Below are positions 1 through 6,704 of a stretch of 6,704 nt of DNA, piece by piece (positions within the stretch are counted from its first letter, which is position 1; every line of letters starts with the position of its first letter). The DNA lies in NCBI GenBank assembly GCA_051294375.1, contig JBJCIZ010001577.1, forward strand, positions 1 to 6,704, in the 5' to 3' direction. The translations under genes were made by a program, and so were the position numbers. The stretch is from Paraspadella gotoi. Lineage: Eukaryota; Animalia; Chaetognatha. The notes under the pieces were generated by a model that saw only the letters and a program-made list of their open reading frames with translations, was not told the origin of the DNA and searched no databases.

Positions 1-319
1 GCAACACTCCTGCCACAATTTATCTTTGCCGACACTTTTATTGTCTCTCTCTCCTTTTCTCCGATTTTCCCAGGTGCATCGTTTTCTTTCCTTCTTCTCC
101 CACAAAACATTTTTCTTGTATTTTTTTTTCGCCTCGATTTTCGACAAAAAGTTTTTAACGTTTAATATTTCACATTTTTATCAATTCCAATGAAATAAAA
201 TGGGCGTTGCTCATTATTGGGATAATGATAGATATTGAGTAGAAATGGCAGGTATTAAATAAAAACATAAATAGAGAGAAGCACTGCAACTGTACGGATT
301 AATTTTCTTTAAAAATATG

Positions 320-322
<3 letters not shown>

Positions 323-361
<39 letters not shown>
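323..361. repeat. (TC)n microsatellite
   Basis: Uninterrupted TC dinucleotide run. Confidence 0.97.
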
Positions 362-364
<3 letters not shown>

Positions 365-608
365 GGCAATTCAATGCGCGACTTCGCTCCGTTTTTTTCT
401 CCCAATTTGTCTTCCATTGGCAAAGTTTTTCTGCGTTTGACGTCTCGAGAAAAACCTTTGATGTTGGCGTTGCGAAAATCTTGGTCGTCGTCGTCGTCGT
501 CGTCGTCGAGGCCGCAACAGCAACCGCTCCAGCTGCAGCCGTCGCAGCAGCCGGTTCCGCCTTCTTTTTTTCTTTTCTACATCTCACCTCGATCTTCATG
601 ACGACGAC
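360..608 (-). CDS. Possible terminal exon of a low-complexity protein (VVVMKIE...AEPAAATAAAGAVAVAAST8KIFATP...NCR*)
   Basis: TAG acceptor at 611-609 followed by a frame open to TAG at 362-360. No recognisable family, and the other frames are also largely open. Confidence 0.2.
484..508. repeat. (GTC)n microsatellite
   Basis: About 8 perfect GTC units. Confidence 0.95.
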
Positions 609-624
609 CTATTATGAATTTTAT

Positions 625-680
625 TCGTCGTCGTCATCGTCGTTGTAGATTTTATTATTGTTTTTATTGCACAACATCGC

Positions 681-722
<42 letters not shown>

Positions 723-890
723 TATCATCATTATCTTCATCGTCGTCGTCGTCAACGAAATTAGCATCATTATCATCCTCATTATCGTCGCCATCATTTT
801 CATGATTAAACCATCATCTTCATTATCACCATCATCATTATCCTCACTATCATCATAAACATCAACATCATCATCATCATCATCATCATT
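625..890. repeat. Degenerate (ATC/GTC/ATT)n trinucleotide tract
   Basis: Pure (CAT)n core at ~680-722 flanked by variant triplets. It is the source of the poly-M, poly-I and poly-S ORFs. Confidence 0.93.
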
Positions 891-976
891 ATGTTATACG
901 TGACACAAAGGCGGTTTTTCACTTTTTTCTCTTTATTCCGTCACCTTCATGGTAGGAGCGGCATTATCGAAGCCGG

Positions 977-977
<1 letters not shown>

Positions 978-1008
<31 letters not shown>
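978..1008. repeat. (CGT)10 microsatellite
   Basis: Perfect triplet run. Confidence 0.95.
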
Positions 1009-1333
1009 TATATAATAATAATAAAATAACAACAACTAACAACAACCAACTGCCTTTCGTCTGTCGACGGCCCCGAAAGTTTCTTTTTTTCTCTGAAAAA
1101 AAAAAAAAAAAAAGTCATCCTACATATCCAACGGGACTCAAGAATCGGAAGAACCCAGGAAATCCTTGTTGTTTATGGGTTATCGAAAAAAAAAGATAAA
1201 AATTCTATGTGTTGCTAGGCGACGTTTTGACGCTGTTATCGCGGCTCTTCACCACGCGCTCTTGGGCGTGGCAGAGAAGCGTGACCCGGCCGGCGGGCAC
1301 TTTCTCTTCTTACTCTTTCCTCTTACTCTTCTT

Positions 1334-1334
1334 T

Positions 1335-1427
<93 letters not shown>
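1334..1427. repeat. (TC)n microsatellite
   Basis: About 94 bp with one interruption near 1353. Confidence 0.97.
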
Positions 1428-1430
<3 letters not shown>

Positions 1431-1499
1431 GCTTTTTTTGTTTATTCATTGTTTCACTATCTCTTCCCTTACAAACGCTATTAAACGGACTCACACACA

Positions 1500-2825
1500 C
1501 ACTCTCACGAACGCACATACAAATACCATATATTAATATATACTGTCACATAAAAAAGCTTCGTTCATCTTTAATATTTAAAAGCAATAAAAGGCAATTA
1601 TTATTCATTTAAATAAAAAAAACATTTTAAAATATTAAATAAAATTTAAATTTTTTCCCCCTTGTTCCTTTTTCTTCTCCGCCGAATTTTTTCCTTTCAT
1701 TCTTTTTTCAATTTTTTTTTCGGTAATTTTTCTCATCATCAAATAGAAACTAGGGAAAAAAAACAAACATTAGAGTAGATAAAACCTCACTCGAGAGCCA
1801 ATATTAGTTTATTTTTTTATAATTTTTATGCCGCGTCCCTCGAGGATGATATCAATATTCACTTGCACAAAAACCGTTTTTTAAATCCTACAATGGCGTT
1901 TCCGAGATAATAGTCATAAACGTCAGCCTTGAATAGGCCAAAATTTGTCAGAATAAAATTTTCGAGTTTCTCTTTTTAGATTTCTGGACGCGCTAGTACA
2001 AACTATTTAAAAAAAAGAGGAAAACGTTTGCTGATTCTTCCAGCATAATCTAAATGTGTTAAGACGATATGGTAAACCTGAAAGGATATGTCCTAGGAAC
2101 GAAAAAATTTTTCTTTAAGTTTTATTTTAAAATTTAGGTATTGTACCAATAGGATAAATGAATACTCCACGCTGCCGAAATTTTTATTTAACAAAGATTT
2201 GTACTGCGGAGTTCAAATCCTTAGTTCTCTCACGTAAAAAAAGTTATTTCTGAAAAACTTTGGAAATAAAAGAGGTAGGAAAGTGGGTGAGGTATTAAAT
2301 TTAAAGCCCTAATCATGGAACACCTCTCTGAAATAGTTTTTATTAAATTTTATCCATAAATCTTTACACAGCTTTTATTTAAATCGGAGTTAAAAAGTAT
2401 AACAGTTTTTTGCATTAAAATTTCAATGAAGGCATGTGAAAGTTTTTTAGCTTCTTTCGTAATTTGAAAAAGGAAAGACTAAATTACATTTTTGATTACC
2501 ATTAAATTTGCTCTACTCTATAAATTGCTTGTATTTATAGTTAAAGTAAAAAACAAGCAAAAATTTAGAAGTAGCTGGATAAAATGTTTTTTTAAATATG
2601 AAAAATGGATAAATACAAAAATATTTTCAGATTGATATAAACCAGTCTCGGACATCTACCTTCTTGTCTGTGGAAAAAAAAATTGTCATTTTCCATTATC
2701 TTCAACTGCAAAACAAAAAGCTTGACACGCTGCTTGTTTTATCATAATAAAATTTAAAATGCTTTGGTTTTTATTTTATATTTTAATTTATTTTTATTTT
2801 AAACTTCAATGAAAAAAAAACAATA
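1500..2825. other. AT-rich non-coding block without microsatellites (intron/intergenic, possibly a DNA-transposon relic)
   Basis: No listed ORF between 1613 and 2825, many A/T runs and a clear compositional contrast with the flanks. No terminal repeats found. Confidence 0.5.
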
Positions 2826-2840
2826 CTAAAACATGACGCC

Positions 2841-2937
2841 AACAACGTCAACGAAGACGACGACAACGACGACAACGACAACGACGAAAAACGTAGACGA
2901 CGATAACGACGACAACGAAGACGACGACAACGACGAC
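2841..2937. repeat. Degenerate (ACG/AAC)n tract
   Basis: Mixed GAC/AAC triplets in the opposite orientation to the other TCG tracts. Confidence 0.9.
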
Positions 2938-3179
2938 CCAAAAAAAAGGATGGACTGACCTAAATGTCCTCCGTTTGAAGATAGTTGCGACGGTTGGTCG
3001 CGAGTCCTCACATTTTGTTGGAAAAAATTCCGTTTCGGGGATGAAAGTAATTAAATCCGGGTTTCTTCCTCCAGGATGTAACCGTCATGTTAATCTGCGA
3101 TGCACAAGGGTTAACAATAACAACATCAACAACAACACAACAACAACTTTACTACTCGATCTCGAGTTTCAACAAATTA

Positions 3180-3196
3180 TTTATTTATTATTTATT
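3180..3196 (-). promoter_or_regulatory. Clustered AATAAA polyadenylation-signal candidates
   Basis: AATAAA at 3196-3191, 3189-3184 and 3185-3180, starting 23 nt after the TGA at 3221-3219. Could be an (AAAT)n repeat by chance. Confidence 0.3.
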
Positions 3197-3218
3197 ATCA
3201 TTTTTTGTGACAAATGTA

Positions 3219-3451
3219 TCAGGAACTTTGTCTCGTCTTCATCTTTGTCGTCGTGTCGTCGTCGTCGTCGTTCTTGACTAAAGTGCCTTCGATGTTTATC
3301 TTAACTCTCTTTTTCATTTTTGTCACCTTACTCTTTCTTGTCGTCCGCCCTCTTCCTTCCTCCTCCTCCTCCTCCTTCTCTTCCTCCTCCTCGTTCAACT
3401 CCTTATCGTCATCAACGACTTTAACAATAGCAATAACATCATCTGCATCTT
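3219..3451 (-). CDS. Candidate exon encoding a charged low-complexity peptide (EDADDVIAIVKVVDDDKELNEEEE...KTRQSS*)
   Basis: CAG acceptor at 3454-3452 directly after the (GA)n tract, then a stop-free frame to TGA with AATAAA downstream. Phase-compatible with donor CAG|GTTAAT at 3521/3520. Confidence 0.35.
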
Positions 3452-3458
3452 CTGATCT

Positions 3459-3503
<45 letters not shown>
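3459..3503. repeat. (TC)n microsatellite
   Basis: Dinucleotide run filling most of a putative 69-nt GT-AG intron (3520-3452, minus strand). Confidence 0.96.
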
Positions 3504-3510
<7 letters not shown>

Positions 3511-3520
3511 ACCCATTAAC

Positions 3521-3682
3521 CTGATCTCGAAGTGAAGGAAGCTTTTCTGTAAGCCGCCGGCATCTTGTCTCGTCTCATGGCAACAGACAAACTCTCTTTA
3601 CATTTCTTCCAAACGCGAAACGTTTGACGTTCGCCGTCGGCTCGGCGCCGTCGACGATGAGAGCCGCATTGACGGCGCCGGT
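3521..3682 (-). CDS. Candidate upstream exon (DRRRQCGSHRRRRRADGERQTFRVWKKCKESLSVAMRRDKMPAAYRKASFTSRS)
   Basis: CAG acceptor at 3685-3683 and donor at 3521/3520. Stop-free in the standard code and in frame with the 3451-3219 exon. No family recognised. Confidence 0.25.
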
Positions 3683-4043
3683 CTGCGTATGACGGAGCGC
3701 CCTCGTTTCCTCGATCACGGGCGCCGATGACGTCGATTTAATCCTCATACAGAGGGCGCTCGACGATTGTTGTTCCTTTTTTATTTTTTTTTGGGGGGGG
3801 GTTAATCCAGATTTTTTAAAATTTTTATTTCAAGCGTTGGATGTTTTTGTTTTTATGTTTGAGAAGAAAGAGAAGTGGACTTTAATCTCTTTTCTTTGAT
3901 AACCTGAAAAAGAAAGGGAATGGTTATTAACCATTGTTAATGATAATGATTAATGGTTAAATATAGTGAATCGAGCAGCAATGAAAACAATAACAAATGA
4001 TCCAAAAGATTAAATGGACGTAATAAATTATCCATTTTTAATG

Positions 4044-4059
4044 TAGATAGATAGATTAG

Positions 4060-4127
<68 letters not shown>

Positions 4128-4150
4128 GAACAAAAGTGAAAGAGAGAAGA

Positions 4151-4217
<67 letters not shown>
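4044..4217. repeat. Compound (GATA)n + (GA)n microsatellite
   Basis: (AGAT)n pure at 4061-4126 and (GA)n at 4141-4217. Confidence 0.97.
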
Positions 4218-4220
<3 letters not shown>

Positions 4221-4418
4221 TACGGAGGGAGGAAATATAAATCTTTGTCGTTGGTGAAAACGAGTCTTCGTCGGTTTTACTCTACCACCCCCACCTCCCA
4301 CCACCATCGCCCGCCTTTTTTCGCTTTTCCTAGAAATGCTGTTCGAGCACAGGAGGAGGAGGAGGAGGAGGGACGAAGCAATTCAGCCTTTTATTGCATT
4401 GTCTTCTTCTACTTTTCG

Positions 4419-4588
4419 AGAGGAGAAGGAGAGGGAGAAGGAAAGAGAGAAGGGAGAGAGAGAGAGAGAGAGAGGAGAGAAGAGAGAGAGAGAGTAGAGA
4501 GAGAGAGAGAGAGAGGAGGGAGAGAGAGAGAGAGAGAGATGAGAAAGAGATATAAAAAGGAGAGACACAGATACTAGAGACAGAGAGA
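4419..4588. repeat. Interrupted (GA)n polypurine tract
   Basis: GA runs with GGA/GAA interruptions. Confidence 0.93.
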
Positions 4589-4710
4589 AAAATATTTTTT
4601 AAAAGAGAGGAAACGGCGAGCGAGAGAGAGGAGTGAGATGCTATCGAAATACGTCTCGGCGCGGAGAACATTTTTCGGCGTCAGCGCCTCAACCCAAGTT
4701 AAAATAATCT

Positions 4711-4748
4711 CGTCGTCGTCGTCGTCGTCTGTCGTCGTCTCGTCGTCG
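4711..4748. repeat. (CGT)n microsatellite, interrupted
   Basis: Triplet run with two breaks. Confidence 0.9.
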
Positions 4749-4870
4749 ATGTTTTTGTCGCTGGTTTTTTTTGGGGGGGGTTGTATTCCTTGGATTAAAG
4801 GGAAAGAATATCCTGGTGCAATCTGTGTTTTTACGGTTTCTACTATTGACTTATTATAACGTCAATGGTC

Positions 4871-4871
<1 letters not shown>

Positions 4872-4939
<68 letters not shown>

Positions 4940-4945
4940 TCGTCG
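4872..4945. repeat. (CGT)n microsatellite
   Basis: Two runs of about 11 units separated by a single extra T near 4905. Confidence 0.95.
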
Positions 4946-5031
4946 CGTCCGTTCGTGTCGTCGTTATCAGAGAATCTCTATGAACGCGAGCGAAAGAGAG
5001 AGGAAGAAAACGTAAAAGGGTTGAGCGTATA

Positions 5032-5231
5032 TCTCTTCTCTTTCTTTTTTTTTCCCCTTTTTTCTCTTCTCTTTTTCGTTTTTTACTTTTCTTTTTATCT
5101 TATTTCATTTTCTTTGGTACTTTTCTTTTTTTTTCTCTTTCTCTTTTCTTCCTCTCGTTTCTCATCTATTTCCTTTTTTTACTTTTCTTTTTATCTCATA
5201 TCATTCTCTTTTTTTTCTTCTTCTTTTCTTT
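5032..5231. repeat. Polypyrimidine tract with an internal 37-bp direct repeat
   Basis: 5079-5115 versus 5175-5211 match at 34/37 positions, 96 bp apart. Confidence 0.9.
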
Positions 5232-5379
5232 CGACATCCATCAGTTTCATTCGGACTGAAGAAGCAAAAGGAAAAGATAAGCCAAATGGAATTGTATAAA
5301 ATGCGCCCGAAAAAAAACAACGAATTTACTATTAATATAATACATTTAATCGATATTTTAATGTTTTATTAACATTTCC

Positions 5380-5384
5380 AAAAA
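5380..5384 (-). terminator. Candidate Pol III terminator TTTTT
   Basis: First run of four or more T downstream of both A-box copies on the minus strand. Confidence 0.4.
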
Positions 5385-5470
5385 GTTAAACCGAAAGGTG
5401 GATAAAGACGCTAAGGGGCTGAATACTTCTAAGCCAACTCAGTAGCCATGGGATGGGTCCTGGGCTTGGA

Positions 5471-5494
5471 AGCAGGCTTGAGAGCAGGCTTGAG
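5471..5494. repeat. 12-bp tandem duplication AGCAGGCTTGAG x2
   Basis: Exact copies at 5471-5482 and 5483-5494, with a degenerate third copy at 5459-5470. Confidence 0.9.
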
Positions 5495-5537
5495 AGATCT
5501 CCACGGCCCCCTCTTCACGCTTCCGCAGGGTAGATTA

Positions 5538-5547
5538 GGATTGAACC
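5538..5547 (-). promoter_or_regulatory. Pol III B box GGTTCAATCC
   Basis: Matches the GGTTCRANCC-type consensus, 31 nt after the A box. Confidence 0.65.
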
Positions 5548-5578
5548 GGTACCTATTGATCATGAGCTGATGGATTTA

Positions 5579-5590
5579 CCAAATGAGCCA
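5579..5590 (-). promoter_or_regulatory. Pol III A box TGGCTCATTTGG
   Basis: Matches TRGCNNARYNGG except at the R position. Confidence 0.6.
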
Positions 5591-5777
5591 CGGGGTCACG
5601 GTTGAAGGTGTCATGCTTATCGGCGGGGTGAACTTTAGCAATGCCCGACTACACGTCATCCAGGTCCCGTGGCGGAATGAATCGGTCAAGGTCATAGATG
5701 GCGCGTAATGGGGCAACCCGAATTGGCGCAAATTGGTGCAAATGCGGATAGCGTAACCTGACCTTTCTATCATTTCC

Positions 5778-5876
5778 TCACGCTTTCTGCCGAACATGGT
5801 ACCAAGTACTCAATGAGCCACCGGATTAAGAAGGGAGACATGCTTATAGTTGGGGTGAACATGTTGCGATGCCCGA
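5778..5876 (-). repeat. Diverged second copy of the 5515-5648 unit
   Basis: Six colinear shared blocks: TCACGCTT, GAAC..GGTACC, AATGAGCCAC, CATGCTTAT, GGGGTGAAC, ATGCCCGA. Confidence 0.85.
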
Positions 5877-6015
5877 GGACAAGACTTTGGATCGACCTCT
5901 CGCGCCCGAAGACGAAAAAATTATATTTTTTTAAAAATCGGAAATTCGTCCGATCCGATCTCCTTATATTTTCGACATGGAAAATCGTTATGCTGAGCGG
6001 AAAAGGGAAACCGCG

Positions 6016-6040
6016 ACCCTAGAATTTAACTTGGATTCTC

Positions 6041-6126
<86 letters not shown>

Positions 6127-6157
6127 CTCTCGCTCACCCGAGAATTTAACATGGATT
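6016..6157. repeat. (CT)n tract flanked by 22-bp direct repeats
   Basis: ACCCTAGAATTTAACTTGGATT (6016-6037) versus ACCCGAGAATTTAACATGGATT (6136-6157), 20/22 identical. Confidence 0.9.
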
Positions 6158-6340
6158 TCTCGACAACATTTCTCGTTGTCGATGGAATTTTCAACAAAGA
6201 GGGGGTCTCTTTCTCTCTCTCTCTCCTCTCCTTCTCTCTCTCTCTCCGCTCGCTCGCTTTCGCGCCTCGTCAGAATGGATATGAGTTTTGAGAGAAGGTC
6301 ACCGGTTTTGGAAACCGTACGTGCGCTTCTGAGCGATGGA

Positions 6341-6575
6341 AGGAGTGAGATAGAGAGGGAGAAAGAGTGAAAGAAGAGGAGAAAGAGTGAGTAGAGAGGA
6401 GAAAGGAGGAGATAGAGAAGGGAGAAAGAGTGAGATAGAGAGGAAGAAGGGAGTGAGATAGAAATGGAGGAAAGGGGGAAAGAGTGAGAAAAAAGGAGAC
6501 ATTAATGGAAGGGATGAAAAGAAAAGAGAGAGAAGAGAAGAGAAAAAGTGATAGAGAGAGAGAGAGAGAGAGAGA

Positions 6576-6630
<55 letters not shown>

Positions 6631-6635
6631 AGAGA
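6341..6635. repeat. Polypurine tract: ~21-bp degenerate minisatellite followed by (GA)n
   Basis: GAGTGA-type cores at 6343, 6365, 6385, 6406, 6428, 6451 and 6482, then (GA)n at ~6553-6635. Confidence 0.9.
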
Positions 6636-6704
6636 TCGAAGGTGAATGGAGAGAGAGTTGAAGGAACGACGCCGACAATAGATCACCAGGAACCGCCATG
6701 GTGT

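Larger units (their letters stand above)
5380..5597 (-). mobile_element. tRNA-derived SINE-like element or Pol III ncRNA unit (~218 nt)
   Basis: tRNA-like head with A and B boxes, a unique ~145-nt body, and the first T>=4 run at 5384-5380. No TSD or poly(A) tail seen. Confidence 0.5.
5527..5597 (-). pseudogene. Degenerate tRNA-Met(CAT)-like sequence
   Basis: Numbering from G5597: T8, G10, A14, G18-G19, A21, C32-T33-CAT-G37-A38 and GGTTCAATCC all fall at canonical tRNA spacing. The acceptor stem is unpaired and the D, anticodon and T stems are mismatched, so it is not a functional tRNA. Confidence 0.65.

Noticed and set aside
660-890. Asp-rich minus-strand reading of the (GAT)n tract
   Set aside because: It needs a frameshift near 808, and degenerate GAT repeats translate this way by default.
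1219-1305. Plus-strand coding-like segment RRFDAVIAALHHALLGVAEKRDPAGGHF
   Set aside because: Several frames on both strands are equally open and there is no recognisable family.
3010-3075. ITFIPETEFF resembling the T-box motif TFxFPETxFIAVTAYQN
   Set aside because: The diagnostic IAVTAYQN is absent and the frame has a TGA just upstream.
3614-3660. Hammerhead-like arrangement (GAAA, two stems, CCGTCGA)
   Set aside because: The core differs from CUGANGA at two invariant positions and stem II cannot form.
4575-4861. Stop-free minus frame YNKSIVETVKTQIAPGYSFPLIQG...EIILTWVEALTPKNVLRAETYFDS
   Set aside because: Protein-like and possibly an exon, but it has no start codon or clear donor and competes with another frame. 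Left uncalled.
5400-5900. Group I intron, 5S/LSU rRNA, H/ACA snoRNA, twister or HDV ribozyme
   Set aside because: Only isolated short word matches, in inconsistent order or strand. The required cores and boxes were not found.
5576-6022. ORFs 5576-5797(-) and 5813-6022(+) as duplicated peptides (MSH...MLI.GVN)
   Set aside because: The copies differ by a 1-nt indel, so conservation is better explained at the nucleotide level.
5515-6490. CRISPR-like array
   Set aside because: Only two diverged copies or low-complexity units, in a eukaryotic context with no cas genes.
214-6699. Most ORFs in the track (poly-SL, poly-ER, poly-I, poly-M, poly-V)
   Set aside because: They are translations of stop-free microsatellites with no domain signal.

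Overview
Eukaryotic (probably invertebrate) nuclear DNA dominated by microsatellites: (CT/GA)n, (TCG)n, (ATC)n and (GATA)n. These are separated by short unique segments and one AT-rich, microsatellite-free block (~1500-2825). No protein family is recognisable, and most listed ORFs are translations of simple repeats. The best-supported structure is a GC-balanced island at ~5380-5900. It holds a minus-strand tRNA-Met-like Pol III unit (A box, CAT at the canonical anticodon position, B box, T5 terminator) and a diverged upstream copy that shares six conserved blocks, three of them upstream of the tRNA-like head. Several minus-strand segments have exon-like boundaries. The frames that join them are interrupted only by TAA/TAG, which raises a weak, testable stop-codon-reassignment hypothesis.
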